Shown here in pieces: positions 40,508 to 51,096 of a stretch of 64,000 nucleotides of DNA. The stretch is taken from NCBI GenBank assembly GCA_963775895.1, contig CAVZKL010000016.1, positions 1-64,000 of the forward strand. The letters are read 5' to 3'. The notes under the pieces were generated by a model. That model ran no database searches. It was not told the origin of the DNA and saw nothing but the letters and a program-made list of their open reading frames with translations. This stretch comes from Candidatus Bathyarchaeota archaeon (GTDB lineage Archaea; Thermoproteota; Bathyarchaeia; Bathyarchaeales; Bathycorpusculaceae). Numbering within the stretch: the stretch's first letter is position 1; each line of letters opens with the position of its first letter. A program made the position numbers and the translations under genes.

Positions 40508-40858
40508 ATGAAAATCGGCTCGATCGTTATCGATTGCAGTGAGTTCGACAAGATGTTTGCATTCTGGCAGGAGGCGCTACATTACGTCTCCCGAGAGCCT
40601 GCGAAGGACGGTTGGGTCGTTCTTCGTGACCCTGAGGGAAGAAATCCGAACGTCTCCTTGAACCGAGTCCTTGAGAAGCGCTCAGGCAGGAATAGGTTGC
40701 ACCTCGACCTCTATACTGACAACAGAGAGGATGAGGTAAAGAGATTACTCAAAATCGGAGCGACCCGCCATCCCCAGACGTATGAGCCTGATGATGATTT
40801 CGTCGTGCTGGAGGACCCTGATGGCAACCTCTTCTGCGTGGTCCAAAAACACACATAG
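40508..40858 (+). CDS. VOC/glyoxalase-family protein
   Basis: IVIDC, NRLHLDL, DPDGNLFCV. Confidence 0.9.
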   Translation: MKIGSIVIDCSEFDKMFAFWQEALHYVSREPAKDGWVVLRDPEGRNPNVSLNRVLEKRSGRNRLHLDLYTDNREDEVKRLLKIGATRHPQTYEPDDDFVVLEDPDGNLFCVVQKHT

Positions 40859-40869
40859 AAACCGGGTTC

Positions 40870-41244
40870 TCAAGGACTTGGCAAGTGAACAAGGGTTGGT
40901 TTGGGGTAAAGCTTTATCCGCATACGCGATACTGTGGTTGATCGGTCTGAATAGGCTTCAATGAGATCTTTGACTGCTTTTGCTATTTGGGAATCTTTGA
41001 CTGCTTTTGCTATTTGGGAATCTTTGAACTTGTAGTATCGAATCCTCTTTCCAAACATGACAAGGGTAACAATGTTTTCATTTTCCAGAGTTTCTAAATG
41101 AGTTCTAGCTGACACGTAATTGACAGTGGTCCTTTTCGCTAACTCGGAAACAGTGACGAGTTCTGACCGCATCAAGACTTTCAGCATCTTCAGCTTAGTC
41201 TTTGAACAAAGCACGTCTTCGATGTTATTGTGCGGAAGCGTCAT
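40870..41244 (-). CDS. ArsR-like wHTH regulator with an internal 27-bp duplication
   Basis: SKTKLKMLKVL, VSELAK, HLETLE; KDSQIAKAV twice (40966-41019). Confidence 0.75.
   Translation of the reverse strand: MTLPHNNIEDVLCSKTKLKMLKVLMRSELVTVSELAKRTTVNYVSARTHLETLENENIVTLVMFGKRIRYYKFKDSQIAKAVKDSQIAKAVKDLIEAYSDRSTTVSRMRIKLYPKPTLVHLPSP
40898..40925 (-). repeat. 28-bp palindromic site, copy C
   Basis: GTATGCGGATA-AAGCTT-TACCCCAAACC. Confidence 0.75.
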
Positions 41245-41432
41245 CGTGGTTACCCTCACTATGTTGCCTCCGCAAAGTTCTAAGCGCATGATTTCATCGG
41301 CCCATTACAGCTCACTGAAGACCTTCAAGAGCCTCAGGGTGATGTGAATTGGAAACGCCTTAGACTAGTGTTCGAAAGTCATAAATACGAAATTGGACAA
41401 AATGAAACAAAACAAATTGAAGAGGGAGAAGA

Positions 41433-42588
41433 TTGCATAAGACTTTGGCGATTCTAATTGTATTCTTGCTTCTCGCAAACATTGGGGCTATTAGCATGGT
41501 TCACGCGCAAACACCACATCAGATTGCCATGGACGCGGCCATAACTAAAGGCATCGATTATCTTAACATGCTTCAAGCTCCTGACGGACATATCGGCGAA
41601 AGCTGGTACGTGGGCGAGACTGGCCTCTACATTCTTGCGTTGCTCGATCACAACATTTCAAAGAATGATCCTCACGTGCTAAACGCCACGAATTACATTC
41701 TGTCGCGAGTACAAATCGATGGATCCATCTACCAGTCTGAACCAAACTATGAGACGGCTGGCGCAATTATGGCTCTGGAAGCGCTTCAGAATTCTACATT
41801 GCTGCCAACGATAAGTAATGCGGCAAGCTATGTCTTGTCGTCGCAGGCACCGGACGGGTCTTTCGGTTACAGCGCAGGAGCTGGAAGTGGAGATCTCTCT
41901 AACTCGCAATACTCAATTCTGGGTCTGAAATCTGCAGAGCTTGCAGGGTGGGTTCCACCATCTTCGACTCCGTACACTAAACTCGCAAACTGGGTGAAAA
42001 CTCAACAGAACGTTGATGGCGGCTACTGCACTTATGGTTATACAACTTCTAGCGGGGCAGGGACAAGTGCAGCACTCATATGCTTATCCCTTGCTGGCGT
42101 CCCCTTAGGTGATTCATCGATTCAGGGCGGCATCACTTGGCTCAAAAACAACTTCAGCTACACAACTAACCCTGGGTACGACTGGTTAGGAGCGTATTAC
42201 TACTATCTCTATGGTGCAATGAAAGCACTCACTTTCTGCGGCATCACGAATCAAGTCGGCGGAGTGATGGACCCCACAACGGCGGCCAACCCTGGTGTCG
42301 CAGGAGACAGAGGATGGCACTTCGACTTCTCGGAACACTTGATAGTGACGCAATATGGGAGCGGCGACTGGCACTGCATTCCCAGGCGTATATTACTATC
42401 ACACAGTTGAAGACATAATGGCGGTTCTCGTTCTTGAGAGATCCACCGTGGTAGCACCCCCAACCACAGTTGGCGGCGAAATCATATCCGTCAACGTGTT
42501 GCAACTACTGGCTCCGTATCTGCTGATTGCTTTATTCGCGGCAACCGCATCTGGATTGCTTCTGCGATATAGAAGAAGAATAACCTAA
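41433..42588 (+). CDS. Secreted prenyltransferase/squalene-cyclase-repeat (alpha-barrel) protein with C-terminal anchor; frameshift near 42370
   Basis: Signal peptide; repeated Q..DG motifs; GDLSNSQY; second ORF ends VGG...LLAPYL-TM-RYRRR. Confidence 0.75.
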
Positions 42589-42767
42589 ACTCCCATTTTT
42601 TTGTGTCAGGCTCGGCGGCGCGCGCGAGGTACAGGCCATTAAGTTTTCTTTTTTTTAGAAAATAGCGCACGAACATTGTGTGGGCACATACTGAATTGGC
42701 TTTGGCAATCTTAATAAGTGTTGATTAATTGGTCTTGGACTGTATTGGAACTAAGGAAAGGTTTGAG

Positions 42768-43538
42768 ATGCGAATGGAAGGAATAATGCTCGAATCTGTT
42801 AAGAAATCTTTTGGTGACAAGGTTGCAGTGAGAGACCTGACATTCTCCGTCGAACCAGGGGAAATACATGGTCTTCTAGGTCCAAACGGATCAGGGAAAA
42901 GTACAACCATGAAGATGATTATGGGCATAGTCAAGCCCGACCACGGAAAGATAAACCTCTGCGGCATAGACGTGCTGCGGCAACCCGTTGAGGCCAAGAA
43001 GCTCGTTGGTTATGTTCCAGAATTTCCCTATCTCTACGAATACCTGACGGCTTCGGAATACCTTGACTTCGTGGGCACGGCATATCACATCGACCTGAAG
43101 AGCAGGCGGGAGAGGGTTGATGAGCTTCTTCAGGCTTTGCAGATGAATGAACAAATCAATGAAGTCATGGCCGGTTTCTCTCAAGGCATGCGGCAGAAGA
43201 TAGCGTTCACAGCGGCTCTGCTTCATCGACCTAAAGCCTTGATCTTGGACGAACCATTGAACGGTCTGGACCCTCGATCGGCTAGGATCGTTAAGGATAT
43301 CCTTCAGCGCCTTGCCGGGGAAGGCGTCACAATCATCTTTAGCACTCATGTCTTGGAAATCGCTGAGGCTGTGTGCGGCAAGATTACGATATTGAATGAA
43401 GGGAGCATCATAGCTGAGGGAACTGTGCAAGAACTGAGGGCAAAAGCTGGCATGCCTGGTTCGACGTTGGAGGATATATTCCTGAAACTTACCGGTAGCG
43501 AAGATGCTGAAAAGATTGTTGAGGCTTTACGGCTATGA
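42768..43538 (+). CDS. ABC transporter ATP-binding protein
   Basis: GPNGSGKST, FSQGMRQK, ILDEP. Confidence 0.95.
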   Translation: MRMEGIMLESVKKSFGDKVAVRDLTFSVEPGEIHGLLGPNGSGKSTTMKMIMGIVKPDHGKINLCGIDVLRQPVEAKKLVGYVPEFPYLYEYLTASEYLDFVGTAYHIDLKSRRERVDELLQALQMNEQINEVMAGFSQGMRQKIAFTAALLHRPKALILDEPLNGLDPRSARIVKDILQRLAGEGVTIIFSTHVLEIAEAVCGKITILNEGSIIAEGTVQELRAKAGMPGSTLEDIFLKLTGSEDAEKIVEALRL

Positions 43539-45175
43539 ATCGGTCAACGATCGTTAGCCTTGCAAGTGTTCTCTACAAATCGTATTTCAGAGCTAGTAGC
43601 CGTGGGCGCAGGAGCTTCCTATCTAGACCTATCGCGCTGGTCATTTTGGATGCAATCGTTTTCTTGGCTCCATTAGGGCTGTTTTCTTATGTGCTCCCTT
43701 TGATTCCGAGTGAATATGCAAGCACGGTTCGAATGGTTGCAATGCAGGCGCTTATTGTTTTGCCTGTTATCCTTACTTCGGCTGTACTTTTGGCTGGTAT
43801 ACTCTTTGAGCTTGGGCAGACCACAAGCCTGTCTACAAGCGAAGCGGTGAACTGGCTTCCAGTGTCTCCGAATGAATACATTGTGGCCTCCAGCTTTTCA
43901 TTGGAGTTCGCTTACTCGCCAGTTCTGTGTTTTAGTCTTGGGGTCGCTATACCTCTCGCCTTGAGCCTTGGCATGCTGTGGGTTGTTCCTTTTTTCGTCG
44001 CGATAACGCTCCTTGCCTTCATCTGGGGAGCTGTGCTCGTTGAGGCTTTGAGGGCGGTGATGAACCGCATATCCTCTGGTCTTTACAAGAAGAGCGGAAG
44101 ATTCGGTGTCATCCTTCGCATTGTCCTCGTTGTCGTGCTACTCGTTGCGGTGCAGATAGCCTTTAACCCTTACATTCTTTACACCGCACTCTCAAGCATT
44201 GTCAACGGCGTCAACGTGGCTTGGTTTGTGCCGGTGATTTGGCCTTCAGTTGCCGTTGCTTCTTCGCTTGTTCCCGACGCGGTGAGGGCGACCGCGTTTA
44301 CGTTGCTTTCTCTCTTGTTCACTTTGCTGATTTTTGAGGGTGCAGCCAGGCTCAGAGCCAGGTATTGGTCGCCTGTGCCCGTCACAATTATGGTGTCCAC
44401 TTCAACCGTTTACGTCCCCAAGGGGGAGTCTTTTTGGTGGTTGGATCCAACAGCGTTTGCATTGGCTTTGAAGGAGTTGAGGTCTCTTGCGAGACGGAGG
44501 GATATGGCGAGGTTTCTCGCTATTCCAGTGTTGCTCGTGGTAGCTTCTTTTCTCCCCGCGGTGACGAGTGGAGAGAGTGCAAGTAAGGCATTGTCGGGTG
44601 TTGGTTTGGTTCTTATGGCTGAAGCATCTTTTATCATGCCGATGATGCTCTCTTCCATTTCCATAGGGCAAGAGGGAAGTTCGATTGCTAACATCTACAT
44701 GCTTCCTATATCAGTCGATGAGTTTGTGAAGGGGAAGCTCTTTCTTTCATGGGTCGTTTCAGGCGTAGGAGTCTTGGTGATTGCTTTGCTGCTGCAGTTT
44801 CTGGCTCCTCTTTCGGCGTTGCTGTTCTTGGCTACCTTGATTGCGGTGATCTTCAATGTATTCGTACAAGGATATGTGGGTCTTGGGGCAGGTTCGCGTT
44901 ACCCCAATTTCACCGTCGGGCCTAGAGCGAGATACCTCACATTTACAGGATTCATTGTCGCCTTCACTATAGGAGGACTGGCGACTTTGGCGATTATTGC
45001 CCCATTGACAGTGTACCTAGTGACTGGATTCTCCTCGCCATTGGGCGGAGGCTCTATGGGATCAATCTTGTTGGCCATCATTTTGACAGTGGCCATTGGC
45101 GTAGTCATTCTCCCACTCACGCGCTCCTACTGCATGCGAGGCGTAAGGAAGCTCCTTTCAAACATGGAAACTTGA
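43535..45175 (+). CDS. ABC-2-type exporter permease
   Basis: About 14 TMs, two internal halves with LPVS/LPIS; ATGA overlap with the ATPase. Confidence 0.85.
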   Translation: MNRSTIVSLASVLYKSYFRASSRGRRSFLSRPIALVILDAIVFLAPLGLFSYVLPLIPSEYASTVRMVAMQALIVLPVILTSAVLLAGILFELGQTTSLSTSEAVNWLPVSPNEYIVASSFSLEFAYSPVLCFSLGVAIPLALSLGMLWVVPFFVAITLLAFIWGAVLVEALRAVMNRISSGLYKKSGRFGVILRIVLVVVLLVAVQIAFNPYILYTALSSIVNGVNVAWFVPVIWPSVAVASSLVPDAVRATAFTLLSLLFTLLIFEGAARLRARYWSPVPVTIMVSTSTVYVPKGESFWWLDPTAFALALKELRSLARRRDMARFLAIPVLLVVASFLPAVTSGESASKALSGVGLVLMAEASFIMPMMLSSISIGQEGSSIANIYMLPISVDEFVKGKLFLSWVVSGVGVLVIALLLQFLAPLSALLFLATLIAVIFNVFVQGYVGLGAGSRYPNFTVGPRARYLTFTGFIVAFTIGGLATLAIIAPLTVYLVTGFSSPLGGGSMGSILLAIILTVAIGVVILPLTRSYCMRGVRKLLSNMET

Positions 45176-45408
45176 GTTTAATTCGCTTAGCGCGCGCGAG
45201 CGCTCGTTTGGAACTACACGAGAGGTAACTATGTGGATTCTTCTCCTGCTGTTGTTGGTGGTTTTTTCTATGTGGGATAATGGGGATTGGAAGGTTTACT
45301 GTTTGAACGCTACTACGCCCGGGTGCAGGTGAAAAGGCTTAGGTAGGGGTTCCAACTATCATTGTTTTTTGAAATTGCCTTGTAACTGAAGCGGATGAGG
45401 TAAGTCCT

Positions 45409-46698
45409 ATGGCAAATTGCAGACTGGAAAAAAGTGAGGATTTCGCGGTTAAGCTCGATTCTGAAGACCCTCTGAAAGATTATCGCAACAGGTTCTACGT
45501 TCAACCAAACACGATATATTTGGATGGCAATTCCTTAGGGCTTCTGTCGAGAGACTCGGAGGCCTCAGTTTTGCGTGTTATCGACGAGTGGAAGAGGCTT
45601 GCCATCGGAGGATGGCTTGACGCGAAACAACCGTGGTTCTACTTTGCTGAAACTCTTGGAGCCATGTGTGCCAAGCTTGTCGGTGCCGAACCTGAGGAAG
45701 TTGTTGCCACGGGAGCAACCACCGTCAACATTCACTCGCTTGTTAACACTTTTTATCAGCCCGGTCGGAAAAAGAAGATACTTGCAGATGAACTCACTTT
45801 TCCCACCGATATCTATGCTCTCAGAAGTCTAGTTCGACTGAGAGGTTTCGATCCAAGTCGAGACTTAATTCTTGCCCCAAGCGAGAACCGTCGGTTCTTG
45901 AGCGAGGATAATATCATTGAGTTGATGGACGAAGGTGTTGCACTTGTTTTTCTGCCCTCAGTATTGTATAGAAGTGGACAGCTTCTTGACATGAAGAAAC
46001 TCACGGAAGAAGCACATGATAGAGGAATACCCATAGGTTTTGACTGCTCCCATTCAGTAGGCGTTTTACCCCATTACCTTGACAAATGGAAGGTAGATTT
46101 CGCCGTATGGTGCAGCTACAAGCACCTGAACGGTGGACCGGGCGGAACAGCCTTTCTATACGTGAACAAAAAACACTTCTGCCGAGAGCCATCCCTGGCA
46201 GGTTGGTTTGGATATGTCAAGGAGAAACAGTTTGACCTATCCATCAATTTTGAGCATTCACAGAGCGCAGGGGGATGGCAAATATCATCTCCACCGATTT
46301 TGAGTGCAGCTGCCGTGGAAGGTTCGCTCAAAATTATACTTGAGGCCGGAATAGATGCCATAAGAGAAAAATCGTTGAAGCTAACCTCCTATCTTATTCA
46401 TCTAGTCGATGTGACCCTGTCTAAACCTCCATACGACTTTTCCATAGGAACTCCAAGAGAAGCCGAACGCCGAGGTGGACACGTGGCAGTTGAGCATGCC
46501 GAAGCCATGAGGATAAGCCAAGCGCTAAGAGCAAGACACGTGGTTTCTGATTTCAGACCCCCAAACGTGGTTCGGGTTGCCCCCACGCCGCTCTACAACA
46601 CCTACCACGAAGTCTGGAAGATAGTTCAACACCTAAAGGCAATAATCGAGAAAAAGGAGTACGAGAGATTTTCTAAGGAGAGAAAAGACATATCATAG
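45409..46698 (+). CDS. kynU: Kynureninase
   Basis: YLDGNSLG, FPTD.YA, WCSYKHLNGGPG, GWFG, PLYNT. Confidence 0.93.
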   Translation: MANCRLEKSEDFAVKLDSEDPLKDYRNRFYVQPNTIYLDGNSLGLLSRDSEASVLRVIDEWKRLAIGGWLDAKQPWFYFAETLGAMCAKLVGAEPEEVVATGATTVNIHSLVNTFYQPGRKKKILADELTFPTDIYALRSLVRLRGFDPSRDLILAPSENRRFLSEDNIIELMDEGVALVFLPSVLYRSGQLLDMKKLTEEAHDRGIPIGFDCSHSVGVLPHYLDKWKVDFAVWCSYKHLNGGPGGTAFLYVNKKHFCREPSLAGWFGYVKEKQFDLSINFEHSQSAGGWQISSPPILSAAAVEGSLKIILEAGIDAIREKSLKLTSYLIHLVDVTLSKPPYDFSIGTPREAERRGGHVAVEHAEAMRISQALRARHVVSDFRPPNVVRVAPTPLYNTYHEVWKIVQHLKAIIEKKEYERFSKERKDIS

Positions 46699-46734
46699 CC
46701 AACTTTGCCGGGTAGCGCGCGCTCTACGATGCGT

Positions 46735-47160
46735 CTACGGGCAGAACGAGTATTTCCCGTTTTTTTCTCGCTCGGCAATCCATGCCTTTACTCCGATTTG
46801 CTTCATCCTATGAAGGTTCTCAACTGTCTTCTTGTGGTGGGCAGCCCCATCTGAAGCAAACGCTTTCAGAATACTGCATGGAAACTCGCCGCATTGAAAG
46901 CAGTATTGAACCTTCTTGTTCTTTGCACAAAACATGATTTTGCAGTCGGAACTCCAATGAACATCAAGCGGTCCTCTGCATCTTTCGCATTTTATCTGTT
47001 CTGGCTTGATTATTTCCTTACGTTCTTCTTTGAACCAGGTCACTATCTCTTCCATCAATTTTGCGTTTCCATGAGCCGCTTCGTACATGTCACATTTCGC
47101 ACAGTTCAGACCGCAAAACGCTATTGCCCACTTCTCTGATTCTTTGCTCGTGCTTCTCAC
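46735..47160 (-). CDS. DUF3795 Cys-rich protein
   Basis: CGLNCAKC, C..CR, C.I..C, CFQCGEFPC. Confidence 0.85.
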   Translation of the reverse strand: MRSTSKESEKWAIAFCGLNCAKCDMYEAAHGNAKLMEEIVTWFKEERKEIIKPEQIKCERCRGPLDVHWSSDCKIMFCAKNKKVQYCFQCGEFPCSILKAFASDGAAHHKKTVENLHRMKQIGVKAWIAEREKNGKYSFCP

Positions 47161-47217
47161 CTTTCAAGGATAACCAAAGCTGGTTCAGGTATAACTTTTC
47201 CGGATCGCCAAAAGTTG

Positions 47218-47245
47218 TTGTTGGAGTAGAGTTTTATCACACACA
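47218..47245 (-). repeat. 28-bp palindromic site, degenerate copy E
   Basis: TGTGTGTGATA-AAACTC-TACTCCAACAA. Confidence 0.5.
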
Positions 47246-47273
47246 CTTAAGAATTGGGGAAGGTATTATTTGA

Positions 47274-47738
47274 ATGGAGGTAACACACGCGATGGATTTT
47301 GACCAATTTGTGGAACAATATCATCTGACGGTTGCTGAATTTGCCAAAGGGAATCCTAAGCCCGTTATTGCACTCCTTTCTCACAGAAACGATGCATCCC
47401 TTGCGGGTGGCTTTGGCGGTTTCACACACGGCTACGATCAGGTTGCAAAGGCTATCGAGTTTGCAGCAACACAGTTCAAGGAAGGGAAGATTAGTTTCGA
47501 GAACTTGGCGAAAGTTGCGACCCAAGACATGGGATACATCGTGGAGATAGAGCGTTACAAATCCAAACTTGGTGGAAGTGAAGACGTTACCCTCGATGTT
47601 CTGCGGGTTACAAGCATCTTTCGGCTCGAAAAGGGGGTCTGGAGGCTCGTTCATCGCCATGGTGACCCAACGACAGCTATGAATGTATTAGTTCAATTAC
47701 TTCCCAAAGCAGTTGTTTCTATCCAAAAAGCTGTCTGA
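47274..47738 (+). CDS. SnoaL-like/NTF2-fold protein
   Basis: LRVTSIFRLEKGVWRLVHRHGD. Confidence 0.85.
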   Translation: MEVTHAMDFDQFVEQYHLTVAEFAKGNPKPVIALLSHRNDASLAGGFGGFTHGYDQVAKAIEFAATQFKEGKISFENLAKVATQDMGYIVEIERYKSKLGGSEDVTLDVLRVTSIFRLEKGVWRLVHRHGDPTTAMNVLVQLLPKAVVSIQKAV

Positions 47739-47872
47739 GTGTGGAAGCATCTCCCGCCACTACATCCTTTTTTTCTTTTTCCCGCAAAACCAAAGATTGA
47801 CTTTCTTCCCGAATTCGCGCGCGAACAGAAAACTATTTTAGCCCTGGTTTTTTTTGAAGCAACCAAGAGGAG

Positions 47873-48637
47873 TTGTTATTGAACATCAAATTCAAAGAGG
47901 ATTTTATTGTTCTCTGGAAAAAATTCTTTGGTGAAGCGGAACTTCCTATCGCCTTCTACTACACGAATGAAGAAGGGCATGCGGAACTCGTGAAGCCCGA
48001 TACAATAGCGCGCAGATGCGTCATAGCAGCGCTGTCACTTGTAAGGAAGGGGAGAGCTTTGTGTTTTGATGCAGAGTCAATCGGCTGTTCTGGCGGGCAA
48101 CTGTGTCTGGGCTTTCGTGAAACGCTAGAACCTGACGATGAATACTTCCTCTCCTGTGGAATTCCTGGAAAAATTGAAGGTGAGCGTTACAAGAAGACGC
48201 CTGAGATTGCTGCCGAGTGGCTTAAGCTTATGCCGTCGTTCAAGGCTCCAGCAAAGTTCATAGTGTTCAAGAAGTGGGACTCATTGAATGAGTCGGATGA
48301 ACCTGACGTCGTAATCTTTTTCGCGTGCCCCGATGTCCTTTCAGGCCTCTTCACATTGGCAAATTTTGAAGAGACGGAACCCAGCGATGTTTTCACTCCG
48401 TGGACTTCAGGGTGTGGCTCAATCGTTCAGTATCCCTTTCTTGAGAAAGATTCTGTCCGCCCAAGAGCTGTCATAGGATTGTTTGATGTTTCAGCGCGCC
48501 CCTTTATTCCAGAGAACACGCTTTCCTTTTCTGTATCCATGCGCAAGTTCGAGCGTATGGTTCGCAACATGGAAGAAAGTTTCCTGACCACAAATTCCTG
48601 GAAGGCAATACAGAAAAGAATTCAAGGGACACCATAA
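47873..48637 (+). CDS. DUF169 family protein
   Basis: C.GG..LGF, PDVVIFF, SGCGS. Confidence 0.8.
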   Translation: MLLNIKFKEDFIVLWKKFFGEAELPIAFYYTNEEGHAELVKPDTIARRCVIAALSLVRKGRALCFDAESIGCSGGQLCLGFRETLEPDDEYFLSCGIPGKIEGERYKKTPEIAAEWLKLMPSFKAPAKFIVFKKWDSLNESDEPDVVIFFACPDVLSGLFTLANFEETEPSDVFTPWTSGCGSIVQYPFLEKDSVRPRAVIGLFDVSARPFIPENTLSFSVSMRKFERMVRNMEESFLTTNSWKAIQKRIQGTP

Positions 48638-48646
48638 TAGCGTGCG

Positions 48647-48988
48647 CTAGACCTTGACGACCAGTGCAAGTGCAGCGCCGACGATGCCGAGTATCGCGCC
48701 AATGAATCCGCCTACAGTTCCTCCGAAGAGGCTAACGATGGAGAAGACCAGTATCAGACTTCCCCACCATCTGCAACACGCACGTAAGCCGCGCTCACCT
48801 TCTCCAGGACGAATCTTGAGCATGATGGCAGAAATCAATACGAGTATCCCTGACACTACTCCGATAATCATCCCGATCTCCTAAATCGTTGCATAGAGGC
48901 TGCCTGTATAGATGTTGCCCAGAATAATCAAGATACCAGCCACCAGTGAGATGATGACTGCTGTCGTGACCATCTTAGGTTCTGACAT
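48647..48988 (-). pseudogene. Small membrane protein interrupted by an in-frame TAG (48881-48883)
   Basis: MSEPKMVTTAVIISLVAGILIILG...ATI-TAG-EIGMIIGVVSG in one frame. Confidence 0.6.
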
Positions 48989-49195
48989 CTTTTCAACTCT
49001 GTCAAGACTTCGACGTCAAGCATATTTAAGCGCTATGGCGAGAAGCGCGACGCTAATTGATGATTTTTCGAAAGAGGAAGTAAGCATGGAAAAAAGTAGT
49101 ACAATATATGCCGAAAATCTTTCAAAAAGGTTATATCAAGACCATTGGCGAAGTCTCCAGCGCAATTCCTTTTTTTGGTGTGTTTGATACTGCTT

Positions 49196-49414
49196 CTAAG
49201 TCATTTGCCCGAAGAGCCCGACTACCAAAGCTATCACACCGATAATCAGAACCATGATTGCTCTCCAGCAGATACCCGTGCGGTCGTAATACGTTCCGAA
49301 TCCCATATTCACCTTTTTGTCTTCCGGAGTTTTCATTCCGAGATAGAGAAATGCAGCACCAAGGATGGTGATGAAACCGCCAACAGCGAGTACCAATGGA
49401 ATCAAAGAACCCAC
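49196..49414 (-). CDS. Small two-TM protein
   Basis: Two hydrophobic helices. Confidence 0.5.
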   Translation of the reverse strand: MGSLIPLVLAVGGFITILGAAFLYLGMKTPEDKKVNMGFGTYYDRTGICWRAIMVLIIGVIALVVGLFGQMT

Positions 49415-49665
49415 CAGTTAAGCTATTGCTCAACAAACGAGATAAACTTTGAGAATAAAACGCCAGTTCATAGGCCTTAAGTGTTAGTTATCCAAAACCA
49501 AGACGGACAATAATGTTCTGCGTTACTGGGAAGCAATCAGGATGAAATAGCATGTTAGAAGCCCCACGCGAAAACTAGTAAGATTGTGGTTTTGGTGCTA
49601 GTTTTCGGTGAATATAGAGAAAAAGGGATAAATGGAAGAAAACACCAATTTTTTAAGCGGAGGAT

Positions 49666-50164
49666 TTGAGAATGAAGGGCATAGTTGTTTATGACACCTC
49701 CTACGGAAACACCAAGAAAATCGCAGAAACCATTGCAGAGACACTGAAAGAGTCTGGAATAGAAGTTGACCTCTTCGACGTAAAAGATGTAAAAGCTGAG
49801 CGCAAAGGACTACGATTTCTTGGTTCTCGGTTCTCCAACCAAATTTGGCACAATGAGCTTTGCAGTCAGATCTTTTTTGGGCAAGGTAAAGAGTGAGGAA
49901 TGGATTAACAAACCTTTCATAGCCTTTGATACCGAAAATCCTGAAAACATTGAGCGGTCACGCCTTGAGAACAAAGAATGGAGCGCAGCCGAAAAGATTG
50001 CTGAAAGGCTTAAAGAGAAGAAGATGAACCAACTGTCGCCCGTTTTGAAAGCCCTCGTGTTGGATTGGAAGGGACCGCTTGTGGAAGGCGAAATAGAACG
50101 AACAAGAGACTTCGCAAGGGAACTCGCCATCAAATTGAAGGAAGCGGCGCTGCAACAAAAGTGA
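49666..50164 (+). CDS. Flavodoxin; frameshift near 49795
   Basis: YDTSYGNTKKIAE, LGSPT, AFDT across two ORFs. Confidence 0.85.
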
Positions 50165-50334
50165 TAATTAAAGCGCGCGCGGTTGAGGCGTCATCGCAGT
50201 CACCTTTGCTATGCTTGTACGAAACAGTAGAAAGCGGTTCGCTCGAAACAACATTTCCTCAAAGCAGAGAGACAAGTCAAAGTAAAAAAGACTTATAGTC
50301 AATGCTGAATGATAAGAATCATGAGGAAAAAAAT

Positions 50335-50568
50335 ATGGAAGAACGAAACAAAGGGTTAGTACTTTTCGGGATAGTTCTCTTAGCGATAGGTCTGGTTGCT
50401 TCTTTTTACTCTCAAACGGAGTTACCTGGAGGTTATGGACGAACAACATATCCCTATCAAACTACAGGCATAATCTTAGATGTGGCCGGAATAGCGTTCA
50501 TAGCATAGGGATTTCTTTATTCACCACGGAAGACAACGCCACCACCGCCACCACCCAGCAATCCATAG
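50335..50568 (+). pseudogene. Small two-TM protein with an in-frame TAG (50506-50508)
   Basis: GIAFIA-TAG-GFLYSPRKTTPPPPPPSNP. Confidence 0.5.
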
Positions 50569-50652
50569 CAATCACGCGCACTGCTATTCACTAGCGGGCG
50601 CGCACATAAATCTTAAATCATGCTTGGACCTACAGTTCTTTGAGGTTCATCA

Positions 50653-51096
50653 ATGGTGGATGAAGATCCAGTCATGACAATCGACAAGCCTCACTTCACG
50701 GTGAAGCTCTACAAGGATTTGCTGAAAGTGGATTTGAAAGAGGGCATTAGAAGAGAACTCGAAGCCTTTGCAGAAGCGAAGCCAGCGTTACGTGAAAGTG
50801 TGGGCTTGCTATTCCAAACAATCATTCCTCTTGATGTCCGCCTGAGAGACATATCGTCCGTAGGTTTGGACAAGAAAGGAAGAGTGAAAGTGGCAATCCC
50901 CACGCGAAGAGACCTCACAATCCCTGTTGAAGGAGAAGAGGCTCAACGACTAATTGACAAACTGAACGATCTAATCCAGCCAGAAAAAGAGAGAATGGTA
51001 AGGGACAAGGCAGCGGCAAAAAGGGCTGAAACGGAAGAAACACGCAGAGTATCAGGAGCCGAAAAGGACCTTTCGGGTGCAATGTTCAAAAAATAA
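50653..51096 (+). CDS. Hypothetical protein, paralog of 4350-4793
   Basis: Shared motifs along the full length. Confidence 0.78.
   Translation: MVDEDPVMTIDKPHFTVKLYKDLLKVDLKEGIRRELEAFAEAKPALRESVGLLFQTIIPLDVRLRDISSVGLDKKGRVKVAIPTRRDLTIPVEGEEAQRLIDKLNDLIQPEKERMVRDKAAAKRAETEETRRVSGAEKDLSGAMFKK

Noticed and set aside
40966-41027. 27-bp duplication as a target-site duplication
   Set aside because: Copies are adjacent and in frame with no element between; slippage is simpler
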